64,000 nucleotides of DNA from an uncultured Cycloclasticus sp. Lineage in GTDB: Bacteria; Pseudomonadota; Gammaproteobacteria; Methylococcales; Cycloclasticaceae. The translations under genes and the position numbers were made by a program. The notes beneath the pieces are model-generated. The model did not search any database, was not told the origin of the DNA, and was given only the letters and a program-made list of their open reading frames with translations. Position 1 is the first letter of the stretch; each line of letters opens with the position of its first letter. The stretch covers positions 19,009 to 83,008 of the forward strand of contig CAJXTU010000006.1 of assembly GCA_913060865.1 (NCBI GenBank), given 5' to 3'. Positions 1 to 9,625 of this stretch are shown here, one piece after another.

Positions 1-495
1 GCCGAATGGCGTGAAACGATAGCGCAGCAAAAAAACATTCCTCGTGGCTGGTTGATTAAAGACGATATTTTAATAGAAGTGGCGAAACTTAAACCGACTG
101 ACCAGCACTCTTTATCAAGTGTGCGTGGTGTATCAGCTAAATTCATAGAAAAATTTGGCGCCACTGTCATTGAGATTATTAGCACCGCGATTAATAAAAA
201 GCCGACGCCGCAAGAGACTCAAAAAAAATCGGCTAGCGTTAGCGAAAAAGAAGAAGCCTTGGCAGACCTTTTAATGGCTCAAGTCAGGTTAAAAGCTGCC
301 AACGCCAACGTTAATCCAACATCCATCACCAACCGTAAAGAGCTATTGCAACTGATCCAAGGTCAGCGTGATCTTGATTTACTCACCGATTGGCGACAAG
401 ATATGATTGGTGACGAGCTGATTGCCACTCTCGATGGTCATAATAACTTTAATATAGTGTCTGGAGAACTGGTCATATCACCTTCTCCAAAGTGA
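1..495 (+). CDS. rnd: Ribonuclease D, C-terminal part (5' end lies outside the window)
   Basis: Frame 1 is open from base 1 (AEWRETIAQQKNIPRGWLIKDD). HRDC-like segment followed by the RNase D-type C-terminal LL.DWR motif. Confidence 0.8.
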   Translation, partial: AEWRETIAQQKNIPRGWLIKDDILIEVAKLKPTDQHSLSSVRGVSAKFIEKFGATVIEIISTAINKKPTPQETQKKSASVSEKEEALADLLMAQVRLKAANANVNPTSITNRKELLQLIQGQRDLDLLTDWRQDMIGDELIATLDGHNNFNIVSGELVISPSPK

Positions 496-500
496 CTGCG

Positions 501-2516
501 CTACTTCGACTTCTTTACAATCGTCGGAACAATCAATCGCGTACCCACGCCCACGAGATTCAAATCTACCCCCGTGTTGTATTGCCTTAACAACCACATA
601 GGTACGCTGCGTTGTTGCGCTATCAGCCAAACCGAATCACCTTTATCTAGGATTAGCGCCTCAGTTGCAACCACACTAAACCGCTTAAAAAAATTATTCT
701 GTAACGTCTGATGATGCGCTAACCTGAGTCGTTCAAACTCTGCTCTTTTTACTCTCGAAAAATCAAGCATTACACGCTGACCAACCGCTAGACCAGCCTT
801 AGAGCTCATCTTATTTAGCTGCCTGAGCTTGGTTGTATTTAATCCTAACCAGCCAGCAAAATGACCTAATGTTTCATTACTTTGAATTTCAACTGAGCCA
901 TTTTTAGCCACCCAATAATTACTTGGATCTGCCCGTAAAACATTTTCCTTAACCGCCTCTTTTGGGTCCAGCACCTTCGCATTAGCCGCCACTGACAACA
1001 CATCTGGGTTTTTCCTTAACCTTAGTTTCTGGCCTATATATAAATAGTTCTTATTTTTCAGCTTATTCAAGGCCAATATATTCGCTTCAGATACAGCTGA
1101 TTTTTCTGCAATGACAGATAAGCGATCACCTTTTCTTACGGTATAAAAAATGGCATTCTGAGCAACTGGATGTGCGCCTTTCATTTGTTCTTTAGCTGCA
1201 CTGGGTAGTTTTAATACTTGCCCGATACGAATTTTGTGTTGGCTTCTAAGGCCATTTATCGCTACCAACTCACTACTTCGCACCTTAAAGCGCTTAGCAA
1301 TTTCAGATAAGGAATCCCCGCGCCTTACTTTATAAGAAACATCCGGTTTTTGTTTCGTCGACTTTTCATCGCGCGGAATAGTTGCTATTAAAGTACTCGA
1401 CTCCGCATGTCGCATGTCAACCGGCACTCGAAGCTTATAACCCTTTGGAACATATTTAGTGTTTGACCAAATAGGTGGCTGCAATGCCGGGTTAAGTGAT
1501 TTAAAGATATTGTTCTTCATGCCAAACGCCGTCATTAAACCTTGCGCTGTATAATATGATGGCAATTTAACTTCTTGAATTACCATCGGTTTATCACGCT
1601 CTATTTGCCCAAAATACGTTGATGGTCGTTGATCAATATCATGCGCCGCGACAAAAGCATTGTAGAAATTTCTTGAGGCAAACCCAAATGTCCGCCCCTT
1701 ATACTCGCGGACAATTTTCGCAATATCCGTCCCACCGGTTGCCTTAACCGCTCGCCTCATCCCCGCAGCGCCGTGGTTATAAGCGGTTAAAGCAAGCGGC
1801 CATGTGCCCGTTATTTCGTGATTATCTTTTAGTAACAAACCTGCTGCTCTTGTGGCTAGAAACGGGTCAAGCCTTTCATCCACCACATGATCGATACGCA
1901 TAAAGCGTCGGCCTGTTGGACGCGTAAATTGCCATAAACCAGCCGCTCCGGCATGCGACCTTGCATCGGGGCGAAATGACGATTCCACATGCGGTAAAGA
2001 AGCCAGCTCATTCGGCAGCCCCAGTTTATTGAACTCTTCTTTTATATACGGTTGCCATCGGCCAGATCTCACTAAGCCTTCTTTGAACCGATCTGATTGC
2101 CCCAGCTGAAACCGCAACCGATCTGCCGCCTTCTTAAATTCTTTACCGCTCGTACCTGCTGGCCACAATGCCTTCACATGCCTATAACGTGCTTTATCAA
2201 GACGTTTACTCGAATTAGCTGCTAAGTAAAGCAAAATATTTTGATAATATTTTTTCTTTTGCTTAATCGCCTTTTGGCGGGCTTTATAGTCTGTTCCAGG
2301 CGTAAAAGACAACCGCTCATAAATAACGTTTAAATGCTCCTTGTCATGAATAAAGCCTTCACTTGTTGTGACTTCTGTGTAAACTTTTAGCCAAAAATTT
2401 ACATCCGGTTTTAACGTATTAGGCAGCGGAAAAAAATTGGAATCTCTCGCAAAAAGCATGCTCGGAAGCAATACAATCAAAAGCCCCGTTAACATTAAAT
2501 GACGTATATTTTCCAC
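501..2516 (-). CDS. mltD: MltD-like lytic murein transglycosylase with LysM repeats
   Basis: Signal peptide; SLT motifs LPHVESSF, AAGLWQF and ALTAYNHG; LysM repeats YKVRRGDSLSEIA and YTVRKGDRLSVIA, plus degenerate C-terminal copies. Confidence 0.85.
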   Translation of the reverse strand: MENIRHLMLTGLLIVLLPSMLFARDSNFFPLPNTLKPDVNFWLKVYTEVTTSEGFIHDKEHLNVIYERLSFTPGTDYKARQKAIKQKKKYYQNILLYLAANSSKRLDKARYRHVKALWPAGTSGKEFKKAADRLRFQLGQSDRFKEGLVRSGRWQPYIKEEFNKLGLPNELASLPHVESSFRPDARSHAGAAGLWQFTRPTGRRFMRIDHVVDERLDPFLATRAAGLLLKDNHEITGTWPLALTAYNHGAAGMRRAVKATGGTDIAKIVREYKGRTFGFASRNFYNAFVAAHDIDQRPSTYFGQIERDKPMVIQEVKLPSYYTAQGLMTAFGMKNNIFKSLNPALQPPIWSNTKYVPKGYKLRVPVDMRHAESSTLIATIPRDEKSTKQKPDVSYKVRRGDSLSEIAKRFKVRSSELVAINGLRSQHKIRIGQVLKLPSAAKEQMKGAHPVAQNAIFYTVRKGDRLSVIAEKSAVSEANILALNKLKNKNYLYIGQKLRLRKNPDVLSVAANAKVLDPKEAVKENVLRADPSNYWVAKNGSVEIQSNETLGHFAGWLGLNTTKLRQLNKMSSKAGLAVGQRVMLDFSRVKRAEFERLRLAHHQTLQNNFFKRFSVVATEALILDKGDSVWLIAQQRSVPMWLLRQYNTGVDLNLVGVGTRLIVPTIVKKSK

Positions 2517-2533
2517 CTATTTGCACACAAAAT

Positions 2534-3154
2534 TTAAAATGGCCAAAAGGACCAACCTGAATCCAAATTAGATTCACACCCTTTAAGTTGCGACGCATAA
2601 CGTTTCGCTTCAGCACCTACTTTTTTTGCCACACGCTGTAACCAAGGTTTGGCTAAATACGTCCCTCTACTATAACCGCCATGGCCTTCGTGATAAGCCA
2701 GGTATTGCTTTTCACCATCCCATTTTGACACGCCTAGTTTCCGCTGTGACACATTGCTATACCAGCCAATAAAATCAGTGACATCAGAAAAGTCATCTCG
2801 ATCAGCACCTGAACTACCCGTCGACTTGATATACCAATCCCAAGTTGAGTCTTGTGCTTGCCCATAGCCATACGCGCTTGAGGATCGAGGCAAAGGAATA
2901 ACACCCAAGAACCAATCTCTTGGTGGCTTAACGTTAGATTGAAAATTAGATTCCTGATGGATTATTGCCATCTGCACCGCTATAGGCGTCCCCCATTTTT
3001 TCTGAGCAGCTAATGCTGCTGTATACCAACCCCCTTTCTGATAAAAAATAGAACAAAGATCGGTTTGATTTTTCGGTGGAGTCGTTGCGCAACCAAGCTG
3101 AAGTATGATCATGGCACACACAGCGACTATTTTTCTACGCCTATTACTCATCAC
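2534..3154 (-). CDS. Transglycosylase SLT-like lipoprotein
   Basis: Lipobox LQLGC; catalytic-type IIHQESNF; SSAYGYGQA and YLAYHEG motifs of the SLT/lysozyme-like fold. Confidence 0.75.
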   Translation of the reverse strand: MMSNRRRKIVAVCAMIILQLGCATTPPKNQTDLCSIFYQKGGWYTAALAAQKKWGTPIAVQMAIIHQESNFQSNVKPPRDWFLGVIPLPRSSSAYGYGQAQDSTWDWYIKSTGSSGADRDDFSDVTDFIGWYSNVSQRKLGVSKWDGEKQYLAYHEGHGGYSRGTYLAKPWLQRVAKKVGAEAKRYASQLKGCESNLDSGWSFWPF

Positions 3155-3291
3155 CTTTCTACTGAAACCTGATTAGGCTTTTTTGCCTTTTGTTTGATCA
3201 GTTGTCGTTTTTTACTTAAGCACGTCACTATATTTCCTTTTTTTAATTCACCGAAAAAATTGCGAAACCTGCTTTATTGTATGATGTTAGC

Positions 3292-3792
3292 CTACATGCT
3301 ATGTCTCGCTCTTTCCCAACTATCAACAGCAATAACAAATTTTTTAGCCGCTTGCTCTAACAGGGCTAAGAACTGTTCATTCTCACTAAACTTCATCGCT
3401 TCCCAGGCTCGTTGTATATCCGTATCTGACTCCGCCGTTATGCCAACACCTAGTATCTGTTCATATGCTCTAACGAGCGAACTAATCATTGATCCTAGCT
3501 CATTTTTACCAACATTAGCCTCTGTTAACACCATCATACACGCAGCCTCTGCCGCTTTCTCTAATGATGCATGGCTAGACATTGCAGTCATCACCGCCCA
3601 TTCATCAACATAATAATCTTTAAGGCTCGTCACCAAATGCATTAAACATAGCATGCTTGGGAGATCTTGAAGCAATGTTGGGTCACCTCGACTCGCCGCA
3701 AGTTCTGCCGCCACCTTCAACGATGGACCAACAATCATTTGATACTCTTCTGGACTCAGCCAATCTGGTTGATTCTCACTCATATATCTCAC
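3292..3792 (-). CDS. Hypothetical acidic helical protein
   Basis: 166 aa ORF with protein-like composition filling the gap; no motif recognised. Confidence 0.7.
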   Translation of the reverse strand: MRYMSENQPDWLSPEEYQMIVGPSLKVAAELAASRGDPTLLQDLPSMLCLMHLVTSLKDYYVDEWAVMTAMSSHASLEKAAEAACMMVLTEANVGKNELGSMISSLVRAYEQILGVGITAESDTDIQRAWEAMKFSENEQFLALLEQAAKKFVIAVDSWERARHSM

Positions 3793-3934
3793 TCAAAACC
3801 TTTAAAAATATTCTTAATTTAAACACCCGCTATCTATTCAGCTTGCATTCACCTACTTAACCTCACTATACTCGGCTAAACATTCTGTCATCTAGCTCAA
3901 CGAGCTTTACCATTAAATCAATATAGGGGAAATA

Positions 3935-4351
3935 ATGAAATACTCAACTTTACTTATCGCCGTACTTGTTTCAAGCTTTTTATTCTTAACAGGTTGTGAA
4001 GAAGCCGAAAAAGCTGCTACTAGTGCTAAAGAAGCCACTGTCAACGCAATGGATTCTGCAAAAGAGATGGCGAGCGATGCTGTAGACTCAACGACTGAAA
4101 CCTCAACTTCAATAGGTGAAGCGACGACTGATGTTGCAAACACTGCGATTGATGCGACTAAAGAAGCCACTACCGAGATAATAGAAACGGTTAAAGAACA
4201 AGCGGTTGGCGCTGTAGACGCCGCTAAAGATATGGCAAATGATACGATATCTCAAGCAAGCGAAGAAACTGCAACTGACGCTGCTACTGAAGAAAAAGCA
4301 AGCAGCCTTCTTGATGAAACAAAAGGCACGATGGACAGCCTAACTAAATAA
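3935..4351 (+). CDS. Ala/Thr/acidic-rich lipoprotein with 11-residue repeats (LEA-like)
   Basis: RBS GGGGA upstream, hydrophobic signal with lipobox LTGC, low-complexity mature part, own terminator. Confidence 0.8.
   Translation: MKYSTLLIAVLVSSFLFLTGCEEAEKAATSAKEATVNAMDSAKEMASDAVDSTTETSTSIGEATTDVANTAIDATKEATTEIIETVKEQAVGAVDAAKDMANDTISQASEETATDAATEEKASSLLDETKGTMDSLTK
4025..4255 (+). repeat. Seven tandem degenerate 11-codon repeats
   Basis: AKEATVNAMDS / AKEMASDAVDS / TTETSTSIGEA / TTDVANTAIDA / TKEATTEIIET / VKEQAVGAVDA / AKDMANDTISQ. Confidence 0.7.
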
Positions 4352-4367
4352 ATATCTAGTTAGTTAT

Positions 4368-4396
4368 AAAAAAGCCCCTTTATAGGGGCTTTTTTT
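4368..4396. terminator. Bidirectional intrinsic terminator
   Basis: AAAAAAGCCCC-TTTATA-GGGGCTTTTTTT between convergent genes. Confidence 0.9.
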
Positions 4397-4438
4397 GTTT
4401 TCAAGAAATAAAAAAAGAACACTATAGGTCTCTAGTGA

Positions 4439-5109
4439 CTATTCCTTCTTGCCGCTCCTCAAAATAGAAAACAGCAACCCGATAGCATCAATAACCGCTC
4501 CTGCAAAACCTAGTAGCCCAAAGAATGGCAAACCCAACATCGTCGGACCACCCTGCACAGTCATAACAATCGACGATCCAACAATCAATGCCGCAACAAT
4601 ACCGCTCATCGCTAACCGACTAAGAGACTGATCTATACGATCTGCAAATCGCTCCAAATCATCTAAATCAACCTGCACTCGAAAAGAACCGCTTTTTATC
4701 AAACGCAACACCGTACGTAAATCTTTAGGCAACCCCGTTATTAGATCAATAACTGTTGTAATGCCCTGCCAACCTCGTTTTGCTAGAACAACTGGTGCAT
4801 ATCGCGCCAACATCGCTCGGCGCATGAAAGGACTGGCTTCTGCTGTCATATCAAAGTCAGGGTCAAGTTGCCGCCCGACACCCCTTTAAGGTAAGGCTGA
4901 CACTCTATCTTGAAACTTTTCAAATTCCACTATCCATTCAGGTGAGAATAAGTCCATTCTTGTCACTAATATTTAACCCAGCTTTACGAAAGAACTCCGG
5001 CCATTCCTAATCGCCAAACAACATATCCAAAACCATAGCGAATTAAAATTGAAGAAATATCATGCAAGCGACCTAAGTCACGCGCTGCACTGAGGGTCTC
5101 TCAAAACAT
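4439..5109 (-). pseudogene. Decayed AarF/ABC1/UbiB-family kinase with nonsense codons and two internal deletions
   Basis: Three collinear pieces: MF*ETLSAARDLGRLHDISSILIRYGFG (from 5109); FVKLG*ILVTRMDLFSPEWIVEFEKFQDRVSALP (4990-4889); GVGRQLDPDFDMTAEASPF...C-terminal TM helices (4882-4439). The kinase core is missing. Confidence 0.88.
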
Positions 5110-5326
5110 TAGTCAGCTTTATCTTGCCATAAGTTATTTGTTTTGGCATTAGCCGACTCCTAAACCATAATTATATTTAAACTCCAAGAAATCATGGACC
5201 AACAAATAGCCGAATACAATTTGCTCTAGCGCAGAGAGGTAAGGGTGATTAGCTCAATAACTCAAAGCAATGTGGGTAGTGTAATGAGCTCTTCTGCATC
5301 CTATCTCTCCCTATTCTTTTAACCTA

Positions 5327-6496
5327 CTAGCCAAATTGCCGTTTAAAGCGCCAGACACCAAATAAAAACACCACGCTTCCTAGCATGGTAAGCCCCAGCA
5401 ATGAATCCCACAAAACAGCCAAACCCGCCCCTTTAAGCAAGATGCCATAGGCCATTTCAATATAGTAATAGAGGGGAGAGAAATACATCGCTTGGCGAAT
5501 AACTTCAGGCATGGCTTCTGGTGGCGTCCAGGCACCCGATAAAAGGATAATAGGCATCATAATCATGATAACTAGCATGGCAGCTTGGGCTAAATTTCGA
5601 CTCATGGTTGAAACAAAAAGCCCTAAGCCCGACATTGCAAAGGTATAAAGCGCCGTTACTAGAAAGAATAGCGGCAGACTGCCTTTCATCGGAACATCAA
5701 ATACACCATGAAGAATTAACCCAACACTCAGCGCCGTTCCCAATAATATAACCAGTGTCATGGAAATCACTTTCGGCAGCAGTATTTGCATCGGTGTTAA
5801 AGGAGAAACTAATAACTGTTCTATAGTACCTCGTTCTTTTTCCCGCACCGCAGCGGCGGCAGGAAGCATCATCGCCAATATCGTAATCACCGTTAATAGT
5901 TCCGATATTGACATAAACCAAGCGTCTTTCTGGTTGGGGTTGTACCAGACACGATGACGATCATCGAGCATTGGGACCGTTTCCAGGCTCTCTCCTGTTA
6001 GGCCCATTCGTTGTAGCGCGGCATCAAAACCATATTGACCAATAATCTGACTGCTGTAACTGGCCGCCAGTGAACCAAGAACGGTGTTGCTGGCATCGAC
6101 CTGCACCTGTACCGCCGCCGGCTTCCCTTGAAGTAAGTCATGCTGAAATTTAGGAGGGATGTCCAACACGACTAATGCTTCACCTTGATCTAATAATTGA
6201 ATTCCTTCCTTTTCATTAAGAATCTCACCCGATAGCTTAAAATAAGGCGGTTGAAAGCGATAAATAAGCTCTCGTGACGCCATGCTATGGTCTGAGTCAT
6301 GCACAACAACGGCCCCTTGATTAAGGTCCATCTTAACGCCACCTGCCATCAAAACATCTAAGGTAAAGAGGTAAAGAACAGCGCAGACCAAAACGGTATC
6401 ACGACCGAGTTGCAATAACTCTTTGCCGGTCATGGCAGCCATTCTTGACCACCAGTGATAGCTCTTTCCTTCTGTGATTCGCGCCATAAGGCTCAT
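5327..6496 (-). CDS. ABC-2 type exporter permease (YbhR-like)
   Basis: N-terminal TM, periplasmic loop, VREKERGTIEQLLVSP motif, five C-terminal TMs. Confidence 0.9.
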   Translation of the reverse strand: MSLMARITEGKSYHWWSRMAAMTGKELLQLGRDTVLVCAVLYLFTLDVLMAGGVKMDLNQGAVVVHDSDHSMASRELIYRFQPPYFKLSGEILNEKEGIQLLDQGEALVVLDIPPKFQHDLLQGKPAAVQVQVDASNTVLGSLAASYSSQIIGQYGFDAALQRMGLTGESLETVPMLDDRHRVWYNPNQKDAWFMSISELLTVITILAMMLPAAAAVREKERGTIEQLLVSPLTPMQILLPKVISMTLVILLGTALSVGLILHGVFDVPMKGSLPLFFLVTALYTFAMSGLGLFVSTMSRNLAQAAMLVIMIMMPIILLSGAWTPPEAMPEVIRQAMYFSPLYYYIEMAYGILLKGAGLAVLWDSLLGLTMLGSVVFLFGVWRFKRQFG

Positions 6497-7647
6497 GCTT
6501 TCACCCGTTTGTGAAAAAGGTTATAAGAGGCAACCCACAGGATGACGGTATAAAGTAGTAATGCGGCAACACGCGTCCAAAGTTGCTCCATTCCAACCCC
6601 TTTAAGGAAGCTCCCCAATGCAATATCCGTGTAGTACATGGCGGGAAATAAATGCGCTTCAAATTGCGAGGCTTCATCCATGGAGGCAATGGGTACCAAT
6701 AACCCAGAATAGAGTACCGCTGGCACAATGGTAACCACGACGGTAATCATCATTGCGGATATCTGCGTTTTTGCGAACAGGGAGACCAACAAGCCGATCC
6801 CCGTTGTACAGGTCACATAAATAACCGAAGCGATAAAGAAAAAAAGTGGATCACCTTTGAATGGTGCGCTGAATACAAAAATGGCCATCAGCCAAAGAAT
6901 CACTACGTTGATACTGGAGATAACAACGTAAGGAAATAATTTGCCGACCAAAAATTCACCACGAGTAACGGTTGATGAATAAATATTATAAATCGAGCCA
7001 TTTTCTTTTTCTCGTACAACCCCCAATGCGGTTAAAAATGGCGGTGTCATCAAGAGAATAAACATCATCATCGCCGGTGCAATAGACCAAATACTCTTAA
7101 TTTCTTGATTGTACAAATATCGAATCTCAATTTTTATTGGGCTAACGAGTGCCGTGGCCTGCTCGGGTGTTATGCCCATTCTTTGAGTCACATACGCCGT
7201 TAACAATTGAGTGTTGAATGCGTTATTGATGGCCGCCACATAACCTTTACTGGTCGATGTACGGAACGGAAAAGTGCCATCAATTAAGGATTGAACCGCG
7301 ATAGGCCGCCCTGATAGTAATGTTTCTTGAAACTTTGGAGGCACGATAATCGCGAAGCGAATTTTACTGTCTGCGATTAAGTTATCAATCTCTTTCTCAT
7401 GTTCAACATCGCCTTGATAATCAAAATAGCGAGAATCGATAAATAGATGGAGATAATCACGGCTCATTGCCGAACGATCCTGGTCGAGGATGGCGAAAGG
7501 AATATTTTCAACATCCATCTTGATGCCATAGCCAAAAACAAACATCATTGAAATGGGTACGACAAAAGCGAGAGAGAAAAATAGCCTGTCGCGTAGAATC
7601 TCCCGCCACTCTTTAAAAGCCAATGCTTTAACTCGGTTAATATTCAT
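6493..7647 (-). CDS. ABC-2 type exporter permease (YbhS-like)
   Basis: KEWREILRDR start, VREKENGSI motif. The ATG at 7647 overlaps the upstream stop; the ORF track start is 7662. Confidence 0.9.
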   Translation of the reverse strand: MNINRVKALAFKEWREILRDRLFFSLAFVVPISMMFVFGYGIKMDVENIPFAILDQDRSAMSRDYLHLFIDSRYFDYQGDVEHEKEIDNLIADSKIRFAIIVPPKFQETLLSGRPIAVQSLIDGTFPFRTSTSKGYVAAINNAFNTQLLTAYVTQRMGITPEQATALVSPIKIEIRYLYNQEIKSIWSIAPAMMMFILLMTPPFLTALGVVREKENGSIYNIYSSTVTRGEFLVGKLFPYVVISSINVVILWLMAIFVFSAPFKGDPLFFFIASVIYVTCTTGIGLLVSLFAKTQISAMMITVVVTIVPAVLYSGLLVPIASMDEASQFEAHLFPAMYYTDIALGSFLKGVGMEQLWTRVAALLLYTVILWVASYNLFHKRVKA

Positions 7648-9625
7648 GGCGAGCCATCTCATTTTCGTGCGTCATAACTTGATAGACAAAGACATCCTCT
7701 AAACTCGGATGGCGATGTGAAATTGAATGCAAAGTAATATTATTTTCTGTAAATATTGACTCAATCTGTTGGCGTACTAATTGAGGCTCCTTTGCAAGCA
7801 GGTGAATTTTCTTGCCAAATAAAGCCGCCTCTTCAAAACCAGCCTGTTCGATTAACTTAAGTGCGAGTAAAGGCTGATCGGTGGTGACTTCTAAAAGCTC
7901 TCCAGCCGCCTTGACCAACGCCTCCTTCATCTGCTCCGGTGTTGCATCAGCAATGATACGACCCGCATACATCAGTGCTAAATGGTCACAGTGTTCTGCC
8001 TCGCTCATATAATGCGTAGTGACGAGAATAGCCACCTGTTCAACACGCGCCATCTGTATCAGAATATCCCAAAAACGTCGTCGTCCTACCGGATCGACAC
8101 CCGAGGTTGGTTCATCTAGAAATAATACTTTTGGCTGGTGTACCAAGGCACAGCCTAATGCTAATCGTTGACGAATACCCATCGGCAAAGCCCCCGCCAA
8201 ACGGTTCTCGACACCCTGTAACCCTGCGGTTGCAATCACCCAGTCGACGCGCTGTTTTAATTCTTTGCGAGCTACCGCATAAATACGCGCATAGAGGCGA
8301 ATGTTTTCCAGTACTGTCATATCTTGATAGAGCGAAAATGCCTGAGACATATAGCCAATACGCTCTTTAATGGCTTGATTGGCGCGTAACATGTCTTGTC
8401 CAGCCACTTTCCCTTCCCCGCCTGTCGGCTGCAAAATGCCTGTCAGCATTTTAAAGACGGTCGACTTCCCAGCACCGTTTGCTCCCAGCAGCCCAAATAT
8501 TTCACCGTAACGAACCTGAAAACTGACCTGGTCTACCGCTCTGAAGTCACCAAAATCACGGCATAAGTTCTCCGCTTCAATGGCTAGCTTATCTTTTTGT
8601 GATGCATCAATTTCACTTGCTTGATTAGTGTCAATTGATGGCGCTGTTTCACTATCAGTCAAATTAGCCTGACTTAATAGAGCAATAAAGGCATCTTCCA
8701 TTTCAGCTTGTGAGGCATGTATCTCACTAACCTCCTGCCCTGATAATAAAGATTTTACCTGCTTAATCGCTGCCTCTTCTTCCTGCCCTTCAACAAAGAC
8801 CCGCAGCACTGCACCCACAGCTTCAACCTGTTGAAAGATTGATTTAAGTTGCGACAAAGCTACCGCTTGAGGACGAGCAATTAGCTCAACTAAGGTACCG
8901 GGAACTTTAGCAATTATTTGATCTGGTTCACCCTCCGCAATCACTTTGCCATCGTACATTAAAGAAAGCTGTTGAAAACGGGTCGCTTCGTCCATATAGG
9001 CCGTAGAAACCAGAGCAGCAATATTTTGTTCTCGTAATAAAGCGGTCAAAATAGCCCAAAAATCACGGCGTGATACGGGATCAACACCCGTCGTCGGTTC
9101 ATCTAAAATAATAAGCTCAGGCTCATGAATTAAAGTGCAGACCAAGCCCAATTTTTGTTTCATACCCCCTGATAGTAACTTCATTGGCCGGTTCGTAAAT
9201 TTATCTAACCGAGTCATCGCCAGTAACTTACGTTTTCGACTAATAAGCTGTTCGCGAGAGACTTCACGAAGTTGAGCAAAAAAGTCGATATTTTCTTCTA
9301 CCGATAGCTCTGCGTAAAGATTTTGCCCCAGCCCTTGTGGCATAAAGCCAATACGCCCTTTTATTTTCTCAGCGGCCGCCTCAGAGTCGATTATTTCTCC
9401 AAAAACCTCCACCTGGCCGCCATCGTAGGTTAACACCCCTGCAATGGCTTTCATCAGGGTGCTTTTACCCGCACCATCAGGACCAATTAGGCCATAAATT
9501 TCACCCTTATTGATGGCAAGGTCCACACCATCCACAGCCAGCTTTTTACGGTAGGACTTAGAAAAACCCTGAACCTTTACAATCGGCTCAGACACCACGG
9601 TATTCACCAGCGTGGGTTGGCCCAC
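7637..9625 (-). CDS. ABC exporter ATP-binding protein with two ATPase domains (YbhF-like)
   Basis: Two Walker A (GPDGAGKS, GANGAGKS), signature LSGGMKQ and degenerate LPMGIRQ, two Walker B LDEPT. Confidence 0.92.
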   Translation of the reverse strand: MGQPTLVNTVVSEPIVKVQGFSKSYRKKLAVDGVDLAINKGEIYGLIGPDGAGKSTLMKAIAGVLTYDGGQVEVFGEIIDSEAAAEKIKGRIGFMPQGLGQNLYAELSVEENIDFFAQLREVSREQLISRKRKLLAMTRLDKFTNRPMKLLSGGMKQKLGLVCTLIHEPELIILDEPTTGVDPVSRRDFWAILTALLREQNIAALVSTAYMDEATRFQQLSLMYDGKVIAEGEPDQIIAKVPGTLVELIARPQAVALSQLKSIFQQVEAVGAVLRVFVEGQEEEAAIKQVKSLLSGQEVSEIHASQAEMEDAFIALLSQANLTDSETAPSIDTNQASEIDASQKDKLAIEAENLCRDFGDFRAVDQVSFQVRYGEIFGLLGANGAGKSTVFKMLTGILQPTGGEGKVAGQDMLRANQAIKERIGYMSQAFSLYQDMTVLENIRLYARIYAVARKELKQRVDWVIATAGLQGVENRLAGALPMGIRQRLALGCALVHQPKVLFLDEPTSGVDPVGRRRFWDILIQMARVEQVAILVTTHYMSEAEHCDHLALMYAGRIIADATPEQMKEALVKAAGELLEVTTDQPLLALKLIEQAGFEEAALFGKKIHLLAKEPQLVRQQIESIFTENNITLHSISHRHPSLEDVFVYQVMTHENEMARHEY

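Noticed and set aside
3194-3613. 139 aa plus-strand ORF and similar antisense ORFs (e.g. 3913-4170, 12129-12503, 13613-13990, 41604-42014, 58611-58988)
   Set aside because: They lie antisense to, or within, well-supported genes and have no motifs or RBS; shadow ORFs.
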